Assembly: GCF_040240425.1 (NCBI RefSeq)
Contig: NZ_QPHG01000017.1
Location: 6,806 to 70,805, forward strand
Source: Nitrosomonas sp.
GTDB taxonomy: Bacteria > Pseudomonadota > Gammaproteobacteria > Burkholderiales > Nitrosomonadaceae
DNA length: 64,000 bases
Reading direction: 5' to 3'
The notes beneath the pieces were generated by a model, which saw only the letters and a program-made list of their open reading frames with translations, ran no database searches and was not told the DNA's origin. A program made the translations under genes and the position numbers. Shown here one piece after another: positions 29,871-38,323 of this stretch (positions are counted from its first letter, which is position 1; the number at the start of each line of letters is the position of its first letter).

Positions 29871-31034
29871 ATGAATACATTTAATCCGCAGCGGCGCAAG
29901 TTATTGCAGTACGGTTTCATGGGATTGGGTGCGTTTGCTGGCAATGCCTTGCTGTCGTCCGCCGTCCGGTCGGCGACTTCGCTGGCAGGTCTGGGTGAAC
30001 TCTTGCCGCCAGACCGGAACGGTGTGCGTTTGCCCGCTGGTTTTACTTCGCGCATCGTCGCGCATTCAGGTCAGAAGCTTTTCGATTACCGCTGGCATGC
30101 CGCGCCGGATGGCGGCGCTACGTTTGCCGCGTCCGATGGCGGCTGGATTTATGTTTCCAATAGCGAGCTGGATAAACAGGCGGGTGGCGCAGGCGCGTTG
30201 CGTTTCAATTCTCAAGGTGACATTGCCGATGCGTATCCGGTTCTGAGTCACACTAACCGCAATTGCGCGGGCGGGCATACACCGTGGCAGACCTGGTTGT
30301 CATGTGAGGAAACCGATACCGGCCGGGTGTGGGAATGCGATCCGTTTGGCCGCCAGGCAGCGCAAGTCCGAAGCGCGCTCGGTGTATTCCGGCACGAGGC
30401 GGTCGCGGTAGATATGCAGAACAAACAGCTTTATCTCACCGAGGATCAACCGGATGGCTGTTTGTATCGCTACACCGCGCGAACATTCGATGCCGCCGGA
30501 AATCCCAATCTCGACGACGGTGTGCTGGAAGTAGCCGAGGTCATCGATGGCCGCATTGGCGCAGTGCGCTGGCATGCCCTGCCCGATCCGCTCGCCAGCA
30601 CCACACCAACGCGTAAACAGGTCGCTAGTAGCACCCGTTTTAACGGCGGCGAGGGCATCTGGTATCACCACGGCATCGTTTACTTCTCAACCAAAGGCGA
30701 CAACCGCGTGTGGGCGTACGATGCGCATCGGCAGCATCTGAGCATTCTCTACAATGCGGCTTCATACCTCTTGCCGGTATTGACCGGCGTGGACAATATC
30801 ACCGGCAATGCCGCGGGTGAATTGCTCGTGGCTGAGGATGGCGGCGATATGCAGATCGTGGTTCTGACCGCCGGAAAGGTTTTACCGCTCTTACAGCTGG
30901 TTGGGCATGACCGTTCGGAAATCACCGGTCCGGCGTTCAGTCCCGGCGGTTCGCGGCTGTATTTCAGCTCGCAGCGCGGTAAGACCGGGCGCGTTGAGGA
31001 TGGCATGACGTTTGAAATTTCCGGGCCATTCTAA
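29871..31034 (+). CDS. Tat-exported DUF839/PhoX-like beta-propeller protein
   Basis: Twin-arginine signal (QRRKLLQYGFMGLGAFAG). NCAGGHTPWQTWLSCEE and GEGIWYHHGIVYFSTKGDNRVW are typical of the PhoX/DUF839 family. ATG 29871 is preferred over the ORF track start 29841. Confidence 0.6.
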   Translation: MNTFNPQRRKLLQYGFMGLGAFAGNALLSSAVRSATSLAGLGELLPPDRNGVRLPAGFTSRIVAHSGQKLFDYRWHAAPDGGATFAASDGGWIYVSNSELDKQAGGAGALRFNSQGDIADAYPVLSHTNRNCAGGHTPWQTWLSCEETDTGRVWECDPFGRQAAQVRSALGVFRHEAVAVDMQNKQLYLTEDQPDGCLYRYTARTFDAAGNPNLDDGVLEVAEVIDGRIGAVRWHALPDPLASTTPTRKQVASSTRFNGGEGIWYHHGIVYFSTKGDNRVWAYDAHRQHLSILYNAASYLLPVLTGVDNITGNAAGELLVAEDGGDMQIVVLTAGKVLPLLQLVGHDRSEITGPAFSPGGSRLYFSSQRGKTGRVEDGMTFEISGPF

Positions 31035-31186
31035 ATACGCATCGATACTTGATAAATCGATACCATGAACCCATTTAACCTGAAACACCGGCCGGTTTTA
31101 TGGCCATGCATGAAACTTCATTTTCAGGATGGAAGCGGCAATAATGCAGACGCGCGGTAACAGCGTGATCAACGAGGGGGATTAAC

Positions 31187-32131
31187 TTGGAATTTAAGGA
31201 TTACTACAAAACATTGGATGTCTCCCGCGATGCGACGGCGGAAGAAATCAAGAAGTCGTTCCGCCGCTTGGCGCGCAAGTACCACCCGGATGTTTCCAAG
31301 GAAACGGACGCCGAATCTAAAATGAAAGAAATCAACGAAGCCTATGCCGTACTTTCCGACCCGGAAAAACGCGCCGCTTACGATCAGCTCGGGCAAGGCG
31401 GATTTCAGCCAGGCAGCGATTTTCAGCCGCCACCCGGATGGGACAGCGGTTTTGAATTCAGCGGGCGCGGATTTGATGGTGCGCAGGCGGCGGATTTCAG
31501 CGATTTCTTTGCGCAATTATTCGGCGGAAAAATGGGCGCTGGCGCTCACCACGCGCACCATCGCATGCGCGGCGAAGATCATCACGCTAAAATCATGCTC
31601 GAATTGGAAGACAGTTATCATGGCGCCACACGCAGCCTGACGTTGCGTATGCCGAAGCTCGACAATCAGGGGCGCACCGTGCTCGCCGAACATACCTTGA
31701 ATGTGCGCATCCCGAAAGGCGTGCACGCCGGGCAAGTAATCCGGCTGGCCGGACAAGGCGGCCCGGGTCATGCCGGAGCAGCCGCCGGTGATCTGTTTCT
31801 GGAAGTGCACTTCAATCCGCACAATCGTTACCGGATCGAAAACAAGGATGTCTATGCCACATTGCCCATCGCACCGTGGGAAGCGGCACTCGGCGCAATG
31901 GTCAAAATACCGGTGCCGGATGGCGTAGTCGAAGTGCGGGTGCCGGAAAATTCCCAATCCGGCCGTAAATTGCGCTTAAAAGACCGCGGCATTCCGGCGG
32001 CCACGCCCGGCGATTTGTATTTGGTGCTGGAAGTGGTGCTGCCGCCCGCCGCGACGGAAAAAGCGCGTGAATTTTACCAAACGATGGCGCAGGAACTCGC
32101 ATTCAATCCGCGCCAGAATCTCGGAGTCTAA
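31187..32131 (+). CDS. cbpA: Curved-DNA-binding protein / DnaJ-like co-chaperone
   Basis: J-domain (DYYKTLDVSRDAT..YHPDVSKE) without a Zn-finger. C-terminal DnaJ_C repeats. cbpM follows 3 nt downstream. TTG start after GAGGGGGA. Confidence 0.85.
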   Translation: MEFKDYYKTLDVSRDATAEEIKKSFRRLARKYHPDVSKETDAESKMKEINEAYAVLSDPEKRAAYDQLGQGGFQPGSDFQPPPGWDSGFEFSGRGFDGAQAADFSDFFAQLFGGKMGAGAHHAHHRMRGEDHHAKIMLELEDSYHGATRSLTLRMPKLDNQGRTVLAEHTLNVRIPKGVHAGQVIRLAGQGGPGHAGAAAGDLFLEVHFNPHNRYRIENKDVYATLPIAPWEAALGAMVKIPVPDGVVEVRVPENSQSGRKLRLKDRGIPAATPGDLYLVLEVVLPPAATEKAREFYQTMAQELAFNPRQNLGV

Positions 32132-32134
32132 GCC

Positions 32135-32452
32135 ATGCCGCATGAAATCGATGCTGTTTTACTTGAAGATGCTCTGTTCAGTTTGGATGAACTGGCGCAC
32201 AGCTGCCACGTTAGCCGGGAATGGGTCATCGAACGCGTGCAGTGGGGTTTATTGCTGAATGACGGCGTCACCGGCACCGATCCGGATGTCTGGCTATTCG
32301 ATAGCCGCAGTTTTGTGCGCGTCAAAAGAATCATCATGATTGAGCGCAACTTCGAAGGCAATCCCGAATTGGCCGGTTTGGTCGCCGATCTGATCGAAGA
32401 AATCGATTCGCTGCGCGCCCGGCTGAAAGCATCCGGATTGGATGCAGATTAA
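32135..32452 (+). CDS. cbpM: Chaperone-modulatory protein CbpM (MerR-like fold)
   Basis: About 105 aa. Position immediately after cbpA. LDELAHSCHVSREWVIERV pattern. Confidence 0.75.
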   Translation: MPHEIDAVLLEDALFSLDELAHSCHVSREWVIERVQWGLLLNDGVTGTDPDVWLFDSRSFVRVKRIIMIERNFEGNPELAGLVADLIEEIDSLRARLKASGLDAD

Positions 32453-32494
32453 GCCATATCCGTCCGATAGATAAACTACACAGGAAATCCCGCC

Positions 32495-32926
32495 ATGTCT
32501 TTACATATCGTGTGCCCGCATTGCCATGCCACCAACCGCGTACCGGCAGACCGCCTCAGCGCATCGCCTAATTGTGGTGCTTGCCACCAGCCGTTGTTTG
32601 CCGCGCAACCGATTGAGTTAATGGAGAGTCATTTCAACCGGCACATTACCAATAACGACATTCCGCTGCTGGTGGATTTTTGGGCACCGTGGTGCGGCCC
32701 CTGCCGCATGATGGCTCCAGCTTTTGCCGAAGCAGCCGCTATGCTGGAACCCGTCATGCGCCTGGCCAAAGTCAATACCGAAGAAGAACAAGGATTGGCC
32801 GCGCGGTATAACATTCGCAGTATTCCAACTTTGGTACTATTTAAAGGCGGCCGGGAAATCGCTCGGCAATCGGGCGCGATGAGCGGACACGATCTGGTAC
32901 GATGGGCACAAGTCCATAACAAATAA
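32495..32926 (+). CDS. trxC: Thioredoxin 2 with N-terminal zinc finger
   Basis: N-terminal CPHC..CGAC zinc-binding motifs and a WCGPC active site. Confidence 0.9.
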   Translation: MSLHIVCPHCHATNRVPADRLSASPNCGACHQPLFAAQPIELMESHFNRHITNNDIPLLVDFWAPWCGPCRMMAPAFAEAAAMLEPVMRLAKVNTEEEQGLAARYNIRSIPTLVLFKGGREIARQSGAMSGHDLVRWAQVHNK

Positions 32927-32957
32927 TGAAAAATAATCAACAAAGGAGCGAATATTC

Positions 32958-34112
32958 ATGCCCAACGGATTCTTTTCCCGTTTAATCTGGTACACGCTGG
33001 CCGGTGTATTGCTGGTGTTATTTTTTCACAGCTTCCTTTACCACTATTTTCCGAATATTTTTCATTTCAATCTCTTTTCCGGTCAGAACCAGCAAGAGAG
33101 CGCGGAACCACGCGTGGTTCAAGCACGCGGCAACCTGGCCGAGGATGAGAAAAGCACCATCGAATTGTTTGAAAATTCGCGCGATTCCGTAGTGTTTATC
33201 ACCACCCGGCAGCGCGTCATGGATGCGTGGTCGCGCAATATTTTTTCCGTTCCTAGCGGCACCGGCTCTGGGTTTATCTGGGATGATAGCGGGCATATCA
33301 TTACCAATCTTCACGTGGTTAAAGGCGCCAGCGAAGCCACCGTGCGTCTGGCCGACGGACGCGATTACAAGGCTTCCCTGGTCGGCGCAAGCCCGGCGCA
33401 CGACATCGCCGTGCTGAAAATCGGCATCGGCTTCCAGCGGCCAGCCCCGGTGCCGATCGGCACAAGCAACGACCTTAAGGTGGGACAAAAAGTATTCGCC
33501 ATCGGCAATCCGTTCGGTCTGGACTGGACGTTGACCACCGGCATTGTCTCCGCATTGGATCGTTCCTTACCAGGCGGAGATGGCCGCACCATCGACAATC
33601 TGATTCAAACCGATGCCGCCATTAACCCCGGCAATTCCGGCGGCCCGCTGCTCGATTCCGCCGGCCGTCTGATCGGCATCAACACCGCCATTTACAGCCC
33701 GAGCGGCGCCAGCGCCGGGATTGGCTTTGCCGTGCCGGTCGATACCGTCAACCGCGTCGTTCCGCAAATCATCAGCCGCGGCAAATATATTCGCCCGGCC
33801 ATGGGCATCACCGTCGACAGCAAACTCAATAACCGCCTGACGCAACACCTGAAAGTAACCGGCGTCGTCATCCTAAGCATCGGCCCCGGTTCCGCAGCCG
33901 ATACCGCCGGACTGATAGGCGCCGTATTGACGCCGGAAGGCAACATCATCGCCAACGACATTATCGTTGCCGTTGACGGAAAACCGATGGACTCAGTGGA
34001 AAAATTGCTGAACCGTATTGATAATTACAAGGTCGGCGACACCATCATGCTTACGGTGCTGCGCCGGGGTGAGAAAATTGAAGTGCCGGTTACACTGCAA
34101 CCGGGTGAGTGA
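32958..34112 (+). CDS. HtrA/DegS-like periplasmic serine protease with one PDZ domain
   Basis: N-terminal membrane anchor. Catalytic His, Asp and Ser motifs (TNLHVV, HDIAVLK, GNSGGPL). C-terminal PDZ. Confidence 0.85.
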   Translation: MPNGFFSRLIWYTLAGVLLVLFFHSFLYHYFPNIFHFNLFSGQNQQESAEPRVVQARGNLAEDEKSTIELFENSRDSVVFITTRQRVMDAWSRNIFSVPSGTGSGFIWDDSGHIITNLHVVKGASEATVRLADGRDYKASLVGASPAHDIAVLKIGIGFQRPAPVPIGTSNDLKVGQKVFAIGNPFGLDWTLTTGIVSALDRSLPGGDGRTIDNLIQTDAAINPGNSGGPLLDSAGRLIGINTAIYSPSGASAGIGFAVPVDTVNRVVPQIISRGKYIRPAMGITVDSKLNNRLTQHLKVTGVVILSIGPGSAADTAGLIGAVLTPEGNIIANDIIVAVDGKPMDSVEKLLNRIDNYKVGDTIMLTVLRRGEKIEVPVTLQPGE

Positions 34113-34169
34113 TATCGAGTTAATCGGGACGGATCTTACTCTTGGAAATTGCTCGCATATCTGAATCAA

Positions 34170-35714
34170 TCAGGTATCCGCTTCCTTGCTGCCCGCACCG
34201 CTCAGTATGCGCACAACCAGCTCGGATGTGGAGATGCCGGGGGTGTAGGTCAGTTCCTGAATCATCTCCGGCGGTAAGGTTTCGCACAGTTTATATTTAT
34301 CTCGGCGTTCCTGTTCCGAGGCGCAGGCGAAAGTATAAATGTCGAAGCCGTTCTGTTGCATGAATCCCGGGGTGACACTCGCGGGGGTTTCCGTCATGAC
34401 GGCGTCGACATACTTGCAGGCGGCCACGACGGCGGCGCGTTCTGCTTGCTTCATGACGGGCAATTTGCCTTTGTTTTCCACCACGCGTTCATCGGAAACC
34501 ACGCAGACCGTCAGATGCGTGCCCAATGCGCGCGCCGCACGCAAGAAACTCACATGCCCTTCATGAAACAGATCAGCCACCATGCGTGTATACACGCGTT
34601 TTTGCTGCCGATTTTTCGGCCATACGGGAATTTCCCGATTCAGGCGCGTCATGGCGCGCTCCATCCACTGCCGGCTGCGCAGTGCAAGTACGTCGTCGGG
34701 GTCCTTCAAAACAATCTGGTGCGCGTAACACCATGCTTTGGCCAAGTCTCCCAGCAGCCAGCGCTGTATCAGCCTATGGTAGGCATAGCAACGCACGAGC
34801 TGGGTAAAGTTTTCTAGGTTACAGGCGGATATCACGGTATCCCAGTTGGGATTCGGCGTGCGCCAGTCACCGTAGAATGCGGTCAGAATTCTTTCCGGCT
34901 GACGCGGAAACCAGGCTGTGCCAAAGTCTGTATCGCGCTGAGTCAGATCGAACTTGGGAAAAACCGATACCCGCTGATATTCATCGGGATAACCTGGCAA
35001 TGCAAACCCGCCCACGATCTGTTTGCCCCGAGCTTGCAGACCGCAGACATCGAGCGTAATCCCCAACTCCGGGTGCACGTAATCGCGATAATTGGCGTAT
35101 TCGATCCGCATCGGTGCACGCGCCCAGCCCGCCTGCTCCAATGCCGCACAACAAGTGTCCCAGAATTCCATTTGCACGGCGATGTCGAGATCTTTGTCGA
35201 AATCGAGTAAACACCCGTTCCGGATCAGACCCAACAGCGTGCCCGCAAAAGGAAATACCGGAATATCCTGCCGAGCTAACTCCGCACAGGTGCGCCACAG
35301 CAATTTTTCCGCTTCTCCGGAAGCGAATACATTCGCATCGGCTTGGCCGGACTTGACTTGTTCTTTTTGCGGCGGGATTTTTCCGGATTTAGCCAGCGCC
35401 ATCAGATGATTCAGCGCGTAGGTAAAATGCGCATGCGCGGTGGATAAATCCAGCAAAATAAAACTCGCGGTTCCGAGCACATGCGCCCAGTGTGCTTTGT
35501 GAAAGTCACCTTGCACATGCGCATAAATTTTTGCGGCGTATGCGGGCACATCGTCCGTCCGGCCCGTGCGCATCGCCAACGAACACCACAAGCGCGCAAC
35601 ATCTGGAGATAACGGATATTCACTTTTCAACGGTTCAAGAATTCCGTCGGCATCGTTAAATTTGCCCGCAGCGATTAATTCCTTTGCTTTCAATAATAAT
35701 TCATCGAGTTTCAT
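34170..35714 (-). CDS. Fusion protein: N-terminal helical region - LicD-like phosphotransferase - cytidylyltransferase (HxGH)
   Basis: The central FAGTLLGLIRNGCLLDFDKDLDIAV matches the LicD nucleotidyltransferase-fold DxD motif. The C-terminal VYTRMVADLFHEGHVSFLRAARALGTHLTVCVVSDE..KGK is the CCT/ECT/TagD-type cytidylyltransferase signature. Confidence 0.7.
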   Translation of the reverse strand: MKLDELLLKAKELIAAGKFNDADGILEPLKSEYPLSPDVARLWCSLAMRTGRTDDVPAYAAKIYAHVQGDFHKAHWAHVLGTASFILLDLSTAHAHFTYALNHLMALAKSGKIPPQKEQVKSGQADANVFASGEAEKLLWRTCAELARQDIPVFPFAGTLLGLIRNGCLLDFDKDLDIAVQMEFWDTCCAALEQAGWARAPMRIEYANYRDYVHPELGITLDVCGLQARGKQIVGGFALPGYPDEYQRVSVFPKFDLTQRDTDFGTAWFPRQPERILTAFYGDWRTPNPNWDTVISACNLENFTQLVRCYAYHRLIQRWLLGDLAKAWCYAHQIVLKDPDDVLALRSRQWMERAMTRLNREIPVWPKNRQQKRVYTRMVADLFHEGHVSFLRAARALGTHLTVCVVSDERVVENKGKLPVMKQAERAAVVAACKYVDAVMTETPASVTPGFMQQNGFDIYTFACASEQERRDKYKLCETLPPEMIQELTYTPGISTSELVVRILSGAGSKEADT

Positions 35715-35814
35715 AGTTATGTTTAGCAGCTATTACTTTATTCCCAGCTACTTAATCTTTTCAATTCCAATAATCAGCAATAATAAGCATTGCATTTTAA
35801 CCATTATTTACTAT

Positions 35815-35836
35815 AATAGGAATCATTCTCATTATT
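35815..35836 (+). promoter_or_regulatory. Fur-box-like operator upstream of the RTX gene
   Basis: AATAGGAATCATTCTCATTATT. Its reverse complement AATAATGAGAATGATTCCTATT matches the 22-mers at 40614 and 43526 at 20/22 positions or better. The core matches 14 of 17 positions of the GATAATGATAATCATTATC consensus. Confidence 0.7.
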
Positions 35837-35895
35837 GTTTGCGCTGATATAGTGAGTGTAAGTTTTACATTTTTAACGCATTTGGAGAAAATATT

Positions 35896-36507
35896 ATGAC
35901 AGTTAGTACTTCACCTCGCCCGAATCTGGGCTCCGGATCCATCAAGTTTATCGACGGCATCCCTTTCGAAGGTCTTGGGTCCGCCGGATTTGACGACAAT
36001 GATTTACTCATTATCGGCGACGAACTGGACAATATTCTAACAGGCGGCGCAGGGCATGATGAAATCGAAGGCGGCGCCGGTAACGACATCATCAGAGAAG
36101 GCGACGGCAATGGCATCCTAAGAGGCGGCGACGGCGATGACGACATCGACGGACAAACCGGTACCGAAAGATTATTCGGCGGCAACGGCAACGATATTCT
36201 GCGGGCCGGCGGTTCACCGGATGATCGCGATCAGCTTAACGGCGGCGCGGGCAACGATATCTTCGGTTTTTATGGCACAGGTCAATTCAGAATCTCCGAC
36301 TTTACTTTAGGCGAAGACCGCTTGTTCTTCGATTCGGAAATTCTCGGAATCAATTCGGTGCCGGAATTATTGTCCTATATTACTGATATTGTAGATAACG
36401 GCGACACCGGTTTCACTGCCGAATTTCTCGGCGGTGTTGCAAACATTGAACTGGTCGGCGTCAACGTAAATGCGATTACCGCCGACATGATTGTTTTCAC
36501 CCTGTAA
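35896..36507 (+). CDS. Small RTX-type calcium-binding repeat protein
   Basis: Consecutive GGxGxD nonapeptides (GGAGHDEIEGGAGNDIIREGDGNGILRGGDGDDDIDG..GGNGNDIL..GGAGNDIF). No N-terminal signal peptide. Confidence 0.8.
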   Translation: MTVSTSPRPNLGSGSIKFIDGIPFEGLGSAGFDDNDLLIIGDELDNILTGGAGHDEIEGGAGNDIIREGDGNGILRGGDGDDDIDGQTGTERLFGGNGNDILRAGGSPDDRDQLNGGAGNDIFGFYGTGQFRISDFTLGEDRLFFDSEILGINSVPELLSYITDIVDNGDTGFTAEFLGGVANIELVGVNVNAITADMIVFTL

Positions 36508-36557
36508 TCTCACTGCGTTTTTTCTCTTTCTCCTTTAGTTTTTCCTTGCAAAAAAAT

Positions 36558-36586
36558 GGCCGATCCCGGATTTCCCGGGATCGGCC
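36558..36586. terminator. Bidirectional terminator between convergent genes
   Basis: GGCCGATCCCGG (36558-36569), loop ATTTC, CCGGGATCGGCC (36575-36586). An A-run lies upstream. Confidence 0.75.
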
Positions 36587-36646
36587 GTTAAATTGCCTTA
36601 TGAACCAGCTTCTTTAGCAGATAAGGCACACCTCATCATTAACCGT

Positions 36647-38089
36647 TCACAGCGCTGCAAGAAAAGCAGCCAAATCGGCTTTTTCCCTGTCGGTCAATCC
36701 GATAGAGAATCGTGTGTTGTAGAAATCAATCGCCGCCGCTATATCTTTCGCCGAACCGTCGTGGAAATAAGGCGGACGCGATGCAAGCGCACGCAATACC
36801 GGACCTTTAAAACGGCCGATATCTTTCCATCGGCCAGTGATCAAAGCGCGGCCTGGATCGGTGGTTTGAATAGTTTCACCGGTGGTTTTATTTCTGAGTG
36901 TATACAAAGGCATGTCCGGCGCACGGCGGGAAGCATCGGAAATACCGATATCCAACGGCATGGGCGTGGAGTGATTACCCGAGTTAGGGGTGTTATGGCA
37001 AGTTGTACAAGTACCGGTTAATACATCAACCCCCAAATCGTCATTGATACCCTTCACACCGCGGATCTTAATCGGTTTATTGTTAAACAAAGCCTGGCCT
37101 CGCGCAATCGCACCGCGCGCTTTCTCTCGGCTATCCCGTGACCGGCTGGAGAATCGGGTCCACGTATCGTACAACGATATCACGATGGGATTAAAAGGCT
37201 TACCGGTGCGATAATCGCCAGCCAGCGTATCGTTCATACCAAAGTAATACACTTGGTCAATCAGAGTTCTAGACCCGCCTCGAGCACCGTCATCGGTCAA
37301 ACTGCCAGCTGCGTTATCTTTAACTTGTGCAGTAAACAACCCCATTTCAAACGCAACGATCTCATCGCGTTCCGCCTGGGTAAGATCCGCCAGTGCCTCG
37401 GCGTGCCCCAATGTGGCATGATTCGCTTGCGTGGATAAATCAAACGAAATTGGAGAAAAGCATGTCGTTGTTCCGTAAATACAATCGATGGAAGTTGGAT
37501 CTAAAGTAGTTTCCCGCCCTTCCCACATGACTGCGCTAATAAACTTAAGGTTAGTCGTTGGCATCGGTCGGCGGAATAACGACAACTCGGCGGCGCTGGC
37601 AAACCCGTAAGGATCATCTGCTTCGACCAGTTCGAATTCGGCATCTGCAGGTATGCCAATTCCGACTCGGATATTAGCTTTATTCAACAGCATGCTATAG
37701 GCTCGACGGCGTTTCTCCACGGTTGACACATCCGCCAGCGGTGAATTGGCGCCGTCCACTAAACGAAAAACCGGATCCATACCTGCCGTTTTTTCAAAAC
37801 GTTCTTTGATACCCTTCGGCGTAATCGCCCATCCTTCCGTCGGCACATGGCACGATGCACAGGTCCGGCCATTGGTGCCGAAAGGTTTAAAAAAAGCATT
37901 GTTTAAATCAATAAAACCCGCACTGCTGTAAGTTCTATCGGTACCATAACGATTGCTACCGCTGATACTGACGGGATTCTCTGATCTGCTGCGATTAATC
38001 TCAGTAAAGTCGCCGCTAGCGAAAACTTTTGCGGTTGCAGCCATCTGTAACAATGACAATGAGATTGAAACAACCAGCCACCTATTCAT
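36647..38089 (-). CDS. Di-haem cytochrome c peroxidase-family protein
   Basis: Signal peptide (..ATAKVFA). Two CxxCH motifs (CASCHVPTEGW, CTTCHNTPNSG). C-terminal PPYFHDGSA typical of the CCP/MauG family. Confidence 0.8.
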   Translation of the reverse strand: MNRWLVVSISLSLLQMAATAKVFASGDFTEINRSRSENPVSISGSNRYGTDRTYSSAGFIDLNNAFFKPFGTNGRTCASCHVPTEGWAITPKGIKERFEKTAGMDPVFRLVDGANSPLADVSTVEKRRRAYSMLLNKANIRVGIGIPADAEFELVEADDPYGFASAAELSLFRRPMPTTNLKFISAVMWEGRETTLDPTSIDCIYGTTTCFSPISFDLSTQANHATLGHAEALADLTQAERDEIVAFEMGLFTAQVKDNAAGSLTDDGARGGSRTLIDQVYYFGMNDTLAGDYRTGKPFNPIVISLYDTWTRFSSRSRDSREKARGAIARGQALFNNKPIKIRGVKGINDDLGVDVLTGTCTTCHNTPNSGNHSTPMPLDIGISDASRRAPDMPLYTLRNKTTGETIQTTDPGRALITGRWKDIGRFKGPVLRALASRPPYFHDGSAKDIAAAIDFYNTRFSIGLTDREKADLAAFLAAL

Positions 38090-38279
38090 ATGATTTACTA
38101 CTCCTATAAAAAATACTGAAAAAACCTAGCAATGTAATGTCTCCACACACCAAGTTTTTTTGAAAGTCAGTGATGAGAAAATGGCTGGCTATAGACAGGG
38201 GGTGTCGTGGCTGGCTACGGCTGGCTCCGCGATCGCGGAGCCGGATCTGAAATACCGCGAGTAAATCTTTAACACGATT

Positions 38280-38312
38280 CCTCCTCGCAGAAGGGCTAAG
38301 ACTGCGAGGAGG
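38280..38312 (-). terminator. Stem-loop just downstream of the 750-aa gene
   Basis: CCTCCTCGCAG (38280-38290) pairs with CTGCGAGGAGG (38302-38312). It sits 12 nt after the stop on the minus strand. The T-tail is weak. Confidence 0.45.
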
Positions 38313-38323
38313 GGAATCTGCTC

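Noticed and set aside
35865-36191. 108-aa minus-strand ORF opposite the RTX gene
   Set aside because: Its Pro/Ser-rich low-complexity translation is generated by the antisense of the GGxGxD repeats.
38224-38243. GCGATCGC core, resembling the cyanobacterial HIP1 palindrome
   Set aside because: It is a single occurrence embedded in a longer local palindrome. The gene content is proteobacterial, so it does not indicate HIP1-type genome-wide repeats.
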